Positions 21,991 to 32,476 of a stretch of 64,000 nt of DNA are shown here, piece after piece (position 1 is the first letter of the stretch; every line of letters begins with the position of its first letter). The stretch is from a bacterium. Its GTDB lineage: Bacteria > Zhuqueibacterota > Zhuqueibacteria > Residuimicrobiales > Krinioviventaceae. The notes beneath the pieces are model-generated. The model had not been told where the DNA came from and ran no database searches. It was given only the letters and a program-made list of their open reading frames with translations. A program made the translations under genes and the position numbers. The DNA is taken from positions 32,001 through 96,000 of the forward strand of contig CAXXMD010000001.1 in the NCBI GenBank assembly GCA_963675755.2. Direction: 5' to 3'.

Positions 21991-22626
21991 ATGGCAAAGA
22001 ATAAATTGTTCCGATATGCAGAACTACCCACACTTGACAATGTAATTAATAAACCTGAAGTATATAAAGATCATTGGGCATCCGGGTACTTTGGAAATTC
22101 CAAACCCATTGTGGTTGAATTGGGAAGTGGTAAAGCAGAATATACTCTGGGGTTGGCAGAAAGATATCCTGATAAAAATTTTATTGCTATAGATGTTAAA
22201 GGTGCCCGGTTATGGGTGGGCGCCAAAAGTGCAATAGAACACGGACTGGATAATACAGCATTTGTTAGAATGTATATAGAAATGTTGACCGATGTTTTTG
22301 GTGAAAAAGAGTTAGATGAAATCTGGATACCGTTTGCTGATCCTTTTACTAAAAAACCAAATCGTCGTTTGGTTTCTCCCATGTTCCTTGAACGATATCG
22401 ACCCTTGTTGAAAGACGATGCCAAAATTCATTTCAAAACGGATGATACAGATTATTATGAATATGCATTAACCGTGCTTGAAGAGAAAAAATGTACAATA
22501 CATCACAATAATTCTGATATTTATACGGTACAGGAACCCGATGAGTCGGTATATATACAGACAACATACGAGTTAAAACATCTTGCACTTGGTAAAACTA
22601 TAAAGTATATTTGCTTTAGTCTTTAA
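21991..22626 (+). CDS. trmB: tRNA (guanine-N7)-methyltransferase
   Basis: VELGSGKAEY, EIWIPFADP, HFKTD, QTTYE. Confidence 0.95.
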   Translation: MAKNKLFRYAELPTLDNVINKPEVYKDHWASGYFGNSKPIVVELGSGKAEYTLGLAERYPDKNFIAIDVKGARLWVGAKSAIEHGLDNTAFVRMYIEMLTDVFGEKELDEIWIPFADPFTKKPNRRLVSPMFLERYRPLLKDDAKIHFKTDDTDYYEYALTVLEEKKCTIHHNNSDIYTVQEPDESVYIQTTYELKHLALGKTIKYICFSL

Positions 22627-22671
22627 AATACGCCATTACATAATATTTGGGCAATTTGGGATACACCAAAA

Positions 22672-23397
22672 ATGGATCAGGAATCCAAATCTACAATACC
22701 AGAAAATACTATAGAAACACTCGCCAAAAGTTTTTATAAAGAATCTTCAGGGTATGGTTTCAAGCAGGTTGATTATTTAAAATTTGTAAATAATTTGCTT
22801 GATATTGCGATGAAGAACCAAAAGAATGGACAAATTGTAACTGAACCTGTAAAAGCCTGGTTGCAGGCAAATGGAACCGAGCCTGAACGATTTCCCCTCT
22901 GTGGTACACGGTTGTTCATTCGAAAAGCGGCACCGTTGGATGACAAACCGGTGCTGGAAAAATGGTTGAGTGACAGATTTGGTAGATTTTTTCTATTGTC
23001 ACGGGTTACTGCGCAATTTATGAGTCTTGATGAGATGTTGTATGATGAAAAGAATCATATCGGCATTATTACACTTTTGGATGGGACCTCAATAGGGGCG
23101 CTGGCATTTTTGAATTATGATGGAAATCAAAAAAAAGCAGAATTGCGTAAAATGATAGGTGAACCCGAGTTCAGGGGCAAGGGGTATGCTAAAGAAGCAT
23201 CAAAACTCTGGTTACATTATGGATTAACTACTCTGGATTTACGCAAAGTGTATTTGAATACACTTGACACAAATATTAGAAATATTCGATTAAATGAAGA
23301 ACTGGGTTTTAAAGTTGAAGGCATTCTTACAAATGAAATCATGATTGATGATGTTTATCATGATGTTTTGAGGATGGGGCTTCGCTTCAAAGTGTGA
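22672..23397 (+). CDS. GNAT (RimJ/RimL-like) acetyltransferase with N-terminal helical extension
   Basis: IGEPEFRGKGYAKEA, NIRNIRLNEELGFKVEG. Confidence 0.85.
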   Translation: MDQESKSTIPENTIETLAKSFYKESSGYGFKQVDYLKFVNNLLDIAMKNQKNGQIVTEPVKAWLQANGTEPERFPLCGTRLFIRKAAPLDDKPVLEKWLSDRFGRFFLLSRVTAQFMSLDEMLYDEKNHIGIITLLDGTSIGALAFLNYDGNQKKAELRKMIGEPEFRGKGYAKEASKLWLHYGLTTLDLRKVYLNTLDTNIRNIRLNEELGFKVEGILTNEIMIDDVYHDVLRMGLRFKV

Positions 23398-23512
23398 AAT
23401 ACTCTTGACGAATAAAGTTTACAATTAAAAATAGTAAAATTTCAACTTGCTTATCTTGATTTATTATTTTATTATAAATAAAGCATTTTAGTATAATTAT
23501 GGAATTCCCAAA

Positions 23513-23833
23513 ATGATAAAACGATTGCTGATTTGCTACAACTGTGGTGCTGAAATTGAATTTGAAAGAAAAATATTTAGACAAGCAACTTGTCCGGAAT
23601 GTGATTGTTATCTTCATTGTTGTTTAAATTGTGACAATCACGATCCCATGGCACCACATGAATGCCGGGAATCTCAAGCCCAGTGGGCAAGAGATAAAGA
23701 AGCTGCAAACTTTTGTGATTATTTTGAACCTGTTGAAGGAGCCAATCATAAAGTCAGCAGTGCAATGAAACGCCAACAAGATGCCAAAAGTAAACTGGAA
23801 GATTTATTTAAAAAAACAGATACTGAAGAATAG
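23513..23833 (+). CDS. Cys-rich putative zinc-binding hypothetical protein
   Basis: CYNC..CPEC..HCCLNC..C..ANFCDYF. Confidence 0.75.
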   Translation: MIKRLLICYNCGAEIEFERKIFRQATCPECDCYLHCCLNCDNHDPMAPHECRESQAQWARDKEAANFCDYFEPVEGANHKVSSAMKRQQDAKSKLEDLFKKTDTEE

Positions 23834-23862
23834 TGACAACAGAATTGCCATTTTTGACATAT

Positions 23863-23879
23863 TTGGCATAATTATAGCT
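23863..23879 (+). promoter_or_regulatory. Candidate sigma54 (-24/-12) promoter
   Basis: TTGGCATAATTATAGCT, GG-N10-GC, ~90 nt before the kinase start. Confidence 0.45.
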
Positions 23880-23968
23880 TTGTAATTCTTAGTTAATAGT
23901 GCGATTTTTTTCTAAATACAGAAAGATAACAGGTGATGAAATCACATGTGCAGTAATTGGGGAATTGT

Positions 23969-25897
23969 ATGAATGAAAAAGCAAACATAATGGTTGTTGA
24001 AGACGAATTCATTGTGTCTATGGAGATACAAGATCGTTTAAAAGGTTTGGGCTATAGCATAGCTACGGCTGTTGCTTCTGGTGAAGAAGCAATTGAGATG
24101 GCTGAAAAAATTAAACCTGATCTTGTACTTATGGATATTATGTTAAAGGGTCAGATGGATGGAGTGGAAGCTGCGGAGATTATTCGTAACCAGTATGAAT
24201 TACCTGTTATTTATTTAACTGCTCACTCTGATGAAGCAACGTTAACGCGTGCCAAGATTTCCCAACCGTTTGGTTATCTGATAAAACCGTTTGATGAACG
24301 GGGTTTGCATACAACAATTGAAATGGCGTTGTATCGCCATGAAATGGAGAAAAAACTTAAACAAAGCGAACAATGGCTTTCTACTGTATTAACAGGAATT
24401 GGAGATGCAGTAATAGCCACAGATGCCAGTTTATTGGTCAAATTTATTAATCCTGTTGCTGCGACTATCATTGATATTGACGAGAATGATGCGTTAGGCA
24501 AAAACATTAATTCAATCTTTAATCTCCAGTCCGATGATCTGGGTGAATTGAATAAACGCATTATTTCTGTGCTTGACACTGGCAAAGTAGAAACTTTTCC
24601 TTCAGATATTTATATTTATAATAATAATGGGGACCAGGTTCCGGTGGATTGCAGTGTTTCACCAATCCGGGATGATAAGGGCAATATTAATGGTATTGTG
24701 CTCGTATTCAGAGACATAACCGAAAAGATAAAACTTGAAAAGCAACTCACCCAGGCACAAAAAATGGAAAGCATTGGTATGATGGCGGGTGGCGTTGCGC
24801 ATGATTTTAATAATATTTTGGCTGCAATTTTGGGTTACGCCTCATTTATCAAAGTAAAGATACCTACAGATGATCCGAATTTTAAATATGTTGAAACTAT
24901 CGAGCGCAGTGCCCAGCGTGGAGCTGAACTGACTGCTCAATTGTTAACATTTACACGCGGTGGAAAGCAGGACATTAAACCGGTTAATGTTAATAGTATT
25001 GTTAGAGAAACTGTCAAGATTATTTCAAGCACCTTTGATAAAGCGATATCAATAGAAACCCGTTTATTTGATGGATTACCATTCGTTCAGGCAGATGAAG
25101 TCCAGATGCAGCAATTGTTGATGAATCTGTGTGTAAATGCACGAGATGCTATGCCGCAGGGCGGAACGCTATCCATTGAGACGGATATGATCATGATCCA
25201 TGAGCGTGATACTACTTTTTATATGGGCGCCAAGGCTGGTAATTATGTTTCATTGTCTATTACTGATACGGGTATTGGAATGGACAAGGACACACTGGAT
25301 AAAATATTTGATCCGTTCTTTACTACCAAAGAAAAAGGCAAGGGTACGGGTTTAGGACTATCTATGGTTTATGGTGTGGTCAAGAACCATGGCGGTTTTG
25401 AAAAAGTTACCAGTGAACCGGGTAAAGGTACAACCTTTAAAATTTATTTCCCGGCCGGTGACCATATTGAGCAACAAGCAGAAAAACTCAAAAAAGCACC
25501 ACAACATGGTGATGAGGTTATTCTTGTTGTTGATGATGAAGAACCTATACGCCTGTTTGTTAAAGATGTTTTGGAATCTTATGGATACACTGTAAAATTG
25601 GCTGAAAATGGAAATCAAGCCATAGATATTTTTGAAAAAGAGCATAAAGATATCGATCTGGTAATTCTGGATATGATTATGCCCAAAATGGGTGGGTTAC
25701 AAACCTATCTGAAATTGAAAATGATTAATCCCAAGGTAAGAGCATTCTTATCTTCAGGATATAGTCCGGATGGTCAGGCGGGTGAGATTCTTCGCCGGGG
25801 TGTAAACGGATTTTTACAAAAACCTTATGAGATGAATGATCTGCTTATAAAAGTACGTGAAATCCTGGATATGGAACCCGAACATTTAGAAACCTGA
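23969..25897 (+). CDS. Cytoplasmic hybrid sensor kinase REC-PAS-HisKA-HATPase-REC (CckA-like)
   Basis: VVEDE/LMDI receiver, [11 protein letters not shown]-box, DTGIGM, PFFTTK, GTGLGL, C-terminal receiver. Confidence 0.95.
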   Translation: MNEKANIMVVEDEFIVSMEIQDRLKGLGYSIATAVASGEEAIEMAEKIKPDLVLMDIMLKGQMDGVEAAEIIRNQYELPVIYLTAHSDEATLTRAKISQPFGYLIKPFDERGLHTTIEMALYRHEMEKKLKQSEQWLSTVLTGIGDAVIATDASLLVKFINPVAATIIDIDENDALGKNINSIFNLQSDDLGELNKRIISVLDTGKVETFPSDIYIYNNNGDQVPVDCSVSPIRDDKGNINGIVLVFRDITEKIKLEKQLTQAQKMESIGMMAGGVAHDFNNILAAILGYASFIKVKIPTDDPNFKYVETIERSAQRGAELTAQLLTFTRGGKQDIKPVNVNSIVRETVKIISSTFDKAISIETRLFDGLPFVQADEVQMQQLLMNLCVNARDAMPQGGTLSIETDMIMIHERDTTFYMGAKAGNYVSLSITDTGIGMDKDTLDKIFDPFFTTKEKGKGTGLGLSMVYGVVKNHGGFEKVTSEPGKGTTFKIYFPAGDHIEQQAEKLKKAPQHGDEVILVVDDEEPIRLFVKDVLESYGYTVKLAENGNQAIDIFEKEHKDIDLVILDMIMPKMGGLQTYLKLKMINPKVRAFLSSGYSPDGQAGEILRRGVNGFLQKPYEMNDLLIKVREILDMEPEHLET

Positions 25898-26016
25898 TAC
25901 ATTTTTTAAAAACCTTCCAAGCAACTTGCGTATTCTCTTGTTTGTTATGTTGATCCGCTTTGCTTTATTGTGATTTCTTTGTTATAATCCTAATTCATTA
26001 ATAGAAGGGATTATTT

Positions 26017-27705
26017 ATGTACAGAGAAAAATCAACAGGAATGGTGGCTTTGGTTCTATTTTTAATATTTTCCATTCAATTATTTTCAAAACCCCCGAAC
26101 AATTCTGAAAACAAGATCTGGCAAACCCAGGATATTGATGTAATCCGTTCATTATACAGAGGGAATGATGGGCAGCCATCCCGTAATGTATTTTTGTCTC
26201 AAAATGGTTTGAGTCCAACTCATATACAATATGAAGCGATACCTTGTTTTAGATCAAGTTTCAAAGTTGATGATGTTGAAATAAAAAACAATACTCTTTT
26301 AGTGAAACCCGGCGCAAAACCCGTTCAAACAGATTTTTATATAACATATAAAAAGACATTTTTTACTTCCAATATCGCTATTCCCGTTTGGGATGTGAGG
26401 ATCTATGAACAAGATCGCAAAGTGATTGTTGGAGGGTATTCCTCCAAGTATAATGAGCGACCTGTTGCTGTTATAAATCGTTTTGGTGATTTTGAACAGA
26501 CCCTATCCAATGATTTGGCTGCTGAATTTCCTGTTTTATCAATTCCTTTAGAAAATCTATTATTTGATCCGTTCGAATGGCGTTTATATCATGTTCAACC
26601 CGGTTTAGGAAAAGAGATTACAGAGCAATATAAAGATTTTTTACCTATATCGGTTGCAAATAAAAATCATCAAATTTTGGATGATGCTCATTTTACTATC
26701 AGAGTTGAACAGGATAATTCTATCCATTGTTATCTGTTGAACGGAACAACTGGTACCAAAATAGCCAGTTGTACATTTGATTCACCCTTGTTGCAAAAAA
26801 TTGAAGGATATCAACCAAAGCTGATAAAAGGTTGTGTGCAGCCGGAAGACGGCAAAGTCATAACATTGGTTTTTAAAGGCGTATTGGAAGAAAATATAGA
26901 GCATTTTGAAAATATGTTAATTATAGATTCTCAGAATCAAACAACTCGAAATGAAGTAAAGCCGGAAATTGTGATCGATGGATATTTTGATGAGTGGCGG
27001 AATGTGAGAGGAGTTGATGATCCTGAAGGAGATTATGTCTCTTATTTATATCCTAATCCTGATACGGATATTTTAGAGTTCAAAGTATCGCACGATGATC
27101 AATATTTGTATTTTTATTCAAGGATTGCCGGAGCGCATGGCAGGACAGGTCCAACAGGGCGTTATTACTGGTACACCTATATTGATGTTGATGCTGATCC
27201 CAATACCGGGTATCCGCCAACTCGTGATGATAATTGTTATTTCGGTATAGCTATTGGTGACGACAGTGAAGCCCAGTTTGAATTTGTAGGCAATTCCTTT
27301 ATTAAAACCTTTTTTGGCTTTACCGGTGTAGGTACTGAAAAAGAAGCTCTGGAAGGAAAGTTGAATTTGGGCCCTTCATATTATTCCGCAACTGCTCCGA
27401 ATGGAGATAAACGTGATCGTTACAAAGTGGAATATGTGAATCGAGAAGGTTCCCGGTTTATCACACATGATAATACACCTGGCACCAGTGAAGATATTGT
27501 CATGGCACTATCTGCAGATGGTTCAGAAATGGAAATGCGTGTGGAAATGAAAGGATTTCTTACCAATGTTTTGGGAGAATATCTGGTTAAAAAAGGAAAT
27601 ACAATCAATATTGCAGTAGGTGCTGAAGGTGCAAGCGGTCATTACAATAGTGGTAAATGGGGTGCGGATTCAAGTCCTGTGATATATAATTATACAATTG
27701 ACTAG
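26017..27705 (+). CDS. Secreted hypothetical protein with DOMON/CBM9-like C-terminal domain
   Basis: Hydrophobic N-terminus; IVIDGYFDEW, DDPEGD, YIDVDADPNTGY. Confidence 0.6.
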   Translation: MYREKSTGMVALVLFLIFSIQLFSKPPNNSENKIWQTQDIDVIRSLYRGNDGQPSRNVFLSQNGLSPTHIQYEAIPCFRSSFKVDDVEIKNNTLLVKPGAKPVQTDFYITYKKTFFTSNIAIPVWDVRIYEQDRKVIVGGYSSKYNERPVAVINRFGDFEQTLSNDLAAEFPVLSIPLENLLFDPFEWRLYHVQPGLGKEITEQYKDFLPISVANKNHQILDDAHFTIRVEQDNSIHCYLLNGTTGTKIASCTFDSPLLQKIEGYQPKLIKGCVQPEDGKVITLVFKGVLEENIEHFENMLIIDSQNQTTRNEVKPEIVIDGYFDEWRNVRGVDDPEGDYVSYLYPNPDTDILEFKVSHDDQYLYFYSRIAGAHGRTGPTGRYYWYTYIDVDADPNTGYPPTRDDNCYFGIAIGDDSEAQFEFVGNSFIKTFFGFTGVGTEKEALEGKLNLGPSYYSATAPNGDKRDRYKVEYVNREGSRFITHDNTPGTSEDIVMALSADGSEMEMRVEMKGFLTNVLGEYLVKKGNTINIAVGAEGASGHYNSGKWGADSSPVIYNYTID

Positions 27706-28673
27706 TCAGATATAACTTTATATTCAGCTGCCAGATTAAATGTTTTGGCAGCTTTTTCTTTTTTAGCAAATATGGAAAGATTATATACTCCTTTATGGGG
27801 TAATGCCAGGTAAATAATTAATGTGTTGTTATTGTACTCTATGCTAATATTTTGTTCGGAAATGTCATCGTCTTCAAAGCTTAGACGGACCTTGCACTGT
27901 ACATCATCCGGTATATAGAATTTCATTGTATCCTGTTTATCTGCATGAAATGTGCATTCTTTATGGGTTAATGCCTGCATTCCCAGCTCGAAAAACGTCC
28001 ACTTTACATATATGCTTTTTTCAAATTCATCCAACGTAACTTTTCGAGATAGCAGCTGCCATTGCTGATCTTTTGGGAAATGCGAGTAGATCAATTCTTC
28101 TGGAAGTGTGAGGAAATAATAGTCATTAAATTTGTGTATATATTTTCCATTGTTCATGTATCCCGCGCCCCAGGTGGGATCAATCAGGTGCCAGGTACTG
28201 TCAATTTGTACGGCAATCCATGCGTGATTGGTTGTTTTTCCCTCAAACGATGCCCCCGAAGAGTAATTCACACCTTTGGCCCATCCATTAATCTCGACAA
28301 CCTTTAATCCGATAATATCGGCAAGGCTTTTATACAAACCGGCATATCCACCACAAACTGCTTTGCGGGTCCGCAAAACATCATTTGCAGATACATTGCT
28401 ATGAAAAGATGATACTGTTGGATTCACATTATAATAAATATTTTCTGCCATCCACCGGTATAGCGCCCTGGCTTTATCGGAATCGGATTTTGCTGTCTTG
28501 CCTAAATACATGGCCAAAGATTGTATGCTGGTTTCAACAGAATCCGGTGTATTGAGTGCGATTGTATCCATTCGATTTAATGAATCGGAAAGGGGTTGAC
28601 TGTTATTGCGTATGTATGGCGAACACGCAACAAACATGAACAGGAATGTGATGGAAATGGATTTTTTTATCAT
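27702..28673 (-). CDS. Transglutaminase-like cysteine-protease lipoprotein (KY/Cyk3-like)
   Basis: FVAC lipobox; AVCGGYA, NHAW, IDPTWG Cys-His-Asp. Confidence 0.9.
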   Translation of the reverse strand: MIKKSISITFLFMFVACSPYIRNNSQPLSDSLNRMDTIALNTPDSVETSIQSLAMYLGKTAKSDSDKARALYRWMAENIYYNVNPTVSSFHSNVSANDVLRTRKAVCGGYAGLYKSLADIIGLKVVEINGWAKGVNYSSGASFEGKTTNHAWIAVQIDSTWHLIDPTWGAGYMNNGKYIHKFNDYYFLTLPEELIYSHFPKDQQWQLLSRKVTLDEFEKSIYVKWTFFELGMQALTHKECTFHADKQDTMKFYIPDDVQCKVRLSFEDDDISEQNISIEYNNNTLIIYLALPHKGVYNLSIFAKKEKAAKTFNLAAEYKVISD

Positions 28674-28762
28674 AGAATTCTGTTTGTTTATTCACTTGAA
28701 TTTATTGAAAAAAAAAGACATATTCAATTTGCAATGAATATAACCATGAAATGGAGAGATTT

Positions 28763-29803
28763 ATGTCTGGACGTATGCAAAAAATAAACTTAATGCTTGT
28801 TTTGATTTTTACAGCATCCTGTTTTGCAGGGAATGGAGAGAAAATTGTTATTGCGCATCGGGGTGCCAGCGGATATCTGCCGGAACATACACTAGCTGCC
28901 AAAGCTATGGCTTATGCGATGAAAGCGGATTATCTTGAGCAGGACCTGGTTATGACCAAAGATGATCAACTGGTTGTGATGCATGACATTAATCTTGACC
29001 GTGTTACCAATGTGGATTCAGTATTTCCTGAAAGAAAACGCAAGGATGGAAAATATTATGTAATTGACTTTACCCTGACAGAGTTGCAAGCTCTTTTAAT
29101 GACTGAAGGCTTTGATGTTAAAGATGGGGTAAAAGAACAGAGCTATAAAGGGCGTTTCCCCATGATGACGTCAAATTTTAAAATACATACCTTTCAGGAA
29201 GAGATAGAATTGATTCAGGGATTGAATAAAAGTACGGGAATGAACGTGGGAATCTATCCGGAAATCAAGCAGCCGGCATTGCATCTGGATGAGGGCAAAG
29301 ATATCAGCAAGCAAGTGCTTCAAGTTTTAAAACAGTATGGATATGTAAAGAAAACTGATCTGGTATATTTACAGTGCTTTGATCCCCGAGAGGTTAAACG
29401 CATCCATGACGAGTTGCTGCCCGAGTTTGGAATGGATGTTTCATTGATTATGCTCATTGGAAATGCAGACCGGGACGAAAACGGTAAAGTTGAAAATGAA
29501 TTGATTGCCTGGATGTATGAAAAAGGGGGAATGGACAAAATTGCAACTATTGCGGATGGTATTGGTCCTGATTATAATTTGATTGTAGAATATGATAAAA
29601 CAACAAACAAGATAGAATTGACCGATTGGGTTGAGCGGGCACATAAAGCAGGATTAAAGGTGCATCCTTATACGATCCGTTCTGATAGACTGCCGGAATA
29701 TGTGAATGGTCTGGAGCCATTTGTCAGGCTGTTATATGAAAAAGCGGATGTAGACGGTGCGTTTACGGATTTTCCGGACAGGGTAGTTGAGATTGTTCAA
29801 TAA
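28763..29803 (+). CDS. glpQ: Glycerophosphodiester phosphodiesterase
   Basis: IAHRGASGYLPEHTL, EQDLVMTKD, YPEIK, FTDFPD. Confidence 0.97.
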   Translation: MSGRMQKINLMLVLIFTASCFAGNGEKIVIAHRGASGYLPEHTLAAKAMAYAMKADYLEQDLVMTKDDQLVVMHDINLDRVTNVDSVFPERKRKDGKYYVIDFTLTELQALLMTEGFDVKDGVKEQSYKGRFPMMTSNFKIHTFQEEIELIQGLNKSTGMNVGIYPEIKQPALHLDEGKDISKQVLQVLKQYGYVKKTDLVYLQCFDPREVKRIHDELLPEFGMDVSLIMLIGNADRDENGKVENELIAWMYEKGGMDKIATIADGIGPDYNLIVEYDKTTNKIELTDWVERAHKAGLKVHPYTIRSDRLPEYVNGLEPFVRLLYEKADVDGAFTDFPDRVVEIVQ

Positions 29804-29858
29804 GTTAAGGAGTAATTTTACCCAAATTAAAAAAAATAAATATAAAAGGGGAGTGAAA

Positions 29859-31181
29859 ATGAAAATTACAATGCCAACTTTAGAAATTGAAGAATTTGAA
29901 GGTTTTACAAAAGAAAATGATATTTTTAATCGCGAATATTTTGCGGAGCAATTAACTAATTTAATTGTTAACACTGATGATGAACTTGTTGTTGCACTTG
30001 ATTCACCTTGGGGACAAGGCAAGACAACTTTTGTGAAAATGTGGCGTGGTTTGTTGTATAAAAAGGGGATAAAAAGTATTTACTATGATGCTTTTAAAAA
30101 TGATTATACTCATGATCCATTGTTGACACTTTTAAGTGATGTAAATGAGATAATTATAGATGAACTCAAAGATGCAAAAGGGGCAGAGTTTAAAAAGAAC
30201 GCAATTTCTATTTTAAAGACTGTTGGAAAAGTTGGACTTCGTATAGGATTGAGAACTATTACTTCAGGAATTGTAGATGATACTGTATTCAAAAATGCAG
30301 AAATAGGTGACGAATTAACAAATATTTCAGATGATTTTATTGAAAAAAGATTTAATGAACTACATACTGATAAAAATTTTATTGATAAATTTAAAATTTC
30401 GTTAAATGAAATAGTTGAGGAAATTGGTGAAACAGGGAAATTAGCTTTTTTTATTGATGAACTTGATAGATGCAGACCTGACTTTGCAATTGATTTGATT
30501 GAAAAAATAAAACATTTTTTATCAGTTCCCAATATTGTTTTTGTTTTTGTTATTAATCGGACTCAAATGGAAGAAATAATTAAGATCAGATATGGTTCAG
30601 GAATTGATGGATTGAAATATCTGCAAAAATTTGTCCATGTTTGGACAAGTTTACCTCAAAATTATAATGATTATAAAAGTAACGGCAAAATATATTTAGA
30701 ATACTGTTTAAATAGAATGAACTTTGAACAGAGTAATAGCTCTTATGGAGATGTAATAGATATTTATTCTAATTTATTGAATTATTATAATTTATCATTT
30801 AGAGAGATTGAACGTAGTTTGTCAAATTTTGCTATTATGCAAAATGTAACTAATGGTTTTAACAAATATGATTATATTTGGATTGCAATTTATATATCTA
30901 TTATAAAAGTATTATACCCAGATATTTTTATTAAGTTATTTGATAAAACAATTAATTATCCTGATCTTGTTAAAGATACTAATTTAGAGAATTTGGTTGA
31001 TCAACCACATTTGACAAAATTTGAGTCTCATCGTTTAAAGGAGAAATTAAGAGTTGAACTATCAAGTAAAGAAGAATTAGTGGAATTGAATAAAAAATAT
31101 AGTGATCAACATAGTTCCGGACTATATAAACAAGAAATTATTTCGGAAATTTGTAATTGGTTGGGGAGATTTCAAGTTTAG
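29859..31181 (+). CDS. KAP-family P-loop NTPase
   Basis: DSPWGQGKT Walker A, FIDELDRCRP Walker B, YLQKFV; strongly AT-rich. Confidence 0.9.
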   Translation: MKITMPTLEIEEFEGFTKENDIFNREYFAEQLTNLIVNTDDELVVALDSPWGQGKTTFVKMWRGLLYKKGIKSIYYDAFKNDYTHDPLLTLLSDVNEIIIDELKDAKGAEFKKNAISILKTVGKVGLRIGLRTITSGIVDDTVFKNAEIGDELTNISDDFIEKRFNELHTDKNFIDKFKISLNEIVEEIGETGKLAFFIDELDRCRPDFAIDLIEKIKHFLSVPNIVFVFVINRTQMEEIIKIRYGSGIDGLKYLQKFVHVWTSLPQNYNDYKSNGKIYLEYCLNRMNFEQSNSSYGDVIDIYSNLLNYYNLSFREIERSLSNFAIMQNVTNGFNKYDYIWIAIYISIIKVLYPDIFIKLFDKTINYPDLVKDTNLENLVDQPHLTKFESHRLKEKLRVELSSKEELVELNKKYSDQHSSGLYKQEIISEICNWLGRFQV

Positions 31182-31227
31182 AGATAAAGTGATTATATTA
31201 GCTCATACTTATATTATCTTCATACAT

Positions 31228-31291
31228 ATTACCTCCAGAAGCTGATTTATTAAGAATTTTGAGATGAGATTTGTTTTCTTCTGGAGGTGAT
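31228..31291. repeat. Inverted repeat between convergent genes
   Basis: attacctccagaag / cttctggaggtgat, 14-bp stem with one wobble, 36-nt loop. Confidence 0.55.
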
Positions 31292-31323
31292 TGTAAATTG
31301 TAGAAATGTAACTTAACCAAGGA

Positions 31324-32463
31324 TTATGGGGTAAACAACCAATCCGGAGAATGAGACTCGAACCGGATCATGTCATATCTTTTTCCCTCACCGTACTCGT
31401 ATAAAATTCCAATGTTACCGTTGGCAAGGCGGGTCATGCAGGAATAAGCAGATGGCCCCGCATGAACCAGTTTGGCATTTGACCAGGTTTCGCAATTGTC
31501 AAAGCTGCATTTTATGGTCATGTGTGTGCGTCCTTTGGGTACAGCGGGATTGGAAAATAATATCATGTTTTTCCCATTATACTCTCCAAAATCCAATATC
31601 GATGCCTGACAACGGGACTCTGTCAGTTGATAATCGTGGTTGATTTCACTCCAGGTTTTTCCACCGTCCGTGCTTTTTGAAATTGCCCGACTGTATTCAT
31701 CGTTATAAGAACGCATATTCATGAGTAATGTACCGTCCGATAATTCAACGATCTGGCTCTCATTGCATCCGGGTGTGATGGACTCGCTTTTGTTCCAGGT
31801 TTTGCCATGATCATCACTGTATAGTACGTGTGAACCGTAACCGTAAGGACCATTACGAATCGTACCCTCGGGATCATCATAGCTGTGGTTTGCGGGGATA
31901 ACCAGCCGGTCTTTGAAATTTTCATGTTTCATTTGAATACCAATACCGGGGCCGGTTGCATACCATCCCCATGAAGGATCTTTGAGCGTTTCTGTCATGT
32001 CTACCGGAGTGGACCAGGTTTCTCCATCATCGTCAGAATAACACAGATATACGCGACGGGTATCCAGAGATTCTTTGCGGATGATTTCCCCTTCATCATC
32101 CTGACCCAGGTTCCATGTGAGAAATAGCCAAATTCTGCCTGTGCTTTGATCTATTACCGGACATGGATTGCCGCACGTATTATTCTGATCATTCCAGATG
32201 ATCGATTCATTGCTCCAGCTGACACCATTGTCAAAGGAGCGTTTGACCAGCATATCAATATCACCGGAATCACCACCCTCGCGACCTTCACAGAATGCTA
32301 AAACCGTACCCTGAGTTGTAACAATCAATGCCGGAATTCGGTAATTCTTGTAATTCCCTTTACCATTTTGCCAAAGAATACCGGAGGCTGTTTCGTTTGA
32401 GGTACAACTGCTGAATAGCACACCTGATAGTATCATCAGTATCCATAATGATATACGTTTCAT
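31324..32463 (-). CDS. Sialidase (GH33), lipoprotein
   Basis: FSSC lipobox, YRIP motif, five Asp-boxes (SFDNGVSW, SDDDGETW, SDDHGKTW, STDGGKTW, SFDNCETW). Confidence 0.92.
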   Translation of the reverse strand: MKRISLWILMILSGVLFSSCTSNETASGILWQNGKGNYKNYRIPALIVTTQGTVLAFCEGREGGDSGDIDMLVKRSFDNGVSWSNESIIWNDQNNTCGNPCPVIDQSTGRIWLFLTWNLGQDDEGEIIRKESLDTRRVYLCYSDDDGETWSTPVDMTETLKDPSWGWYATGPGIGIQMKHENFKDRLVIPANHSYDDPEGTIRNGPYGYGSHVLYSDDHGKTWNKSESITPGCNESQIVELSDGTLLMNMRSYNDEYSRAISKSTDGGKTWSEINHDYQLTESRCQASILDFGEYNGKNMILFSNPAVPKGRTHMTIKCSFDNCETWSNAKLVHAGPSAYSCMTRLANGNIGILYEYGEGKRYDMIRFESHSPDWLFTP

Positions 32464-32476
32464 TGTAAGCTCCAAA

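Noticed and set aside
31182-31323. attC site or MITE after the KAP gene
   Set aside because: No properly paired RYYYAAC/GTTRRRY ends and single copy; a terminator-like hairpin explains it
29805-31334. ttaaggagtaa vs ttatggggtaa flanking the KAP gene as a target-site duplication
   Set aside because: Only 9/11 in AT-rich DNA; compatible with chance
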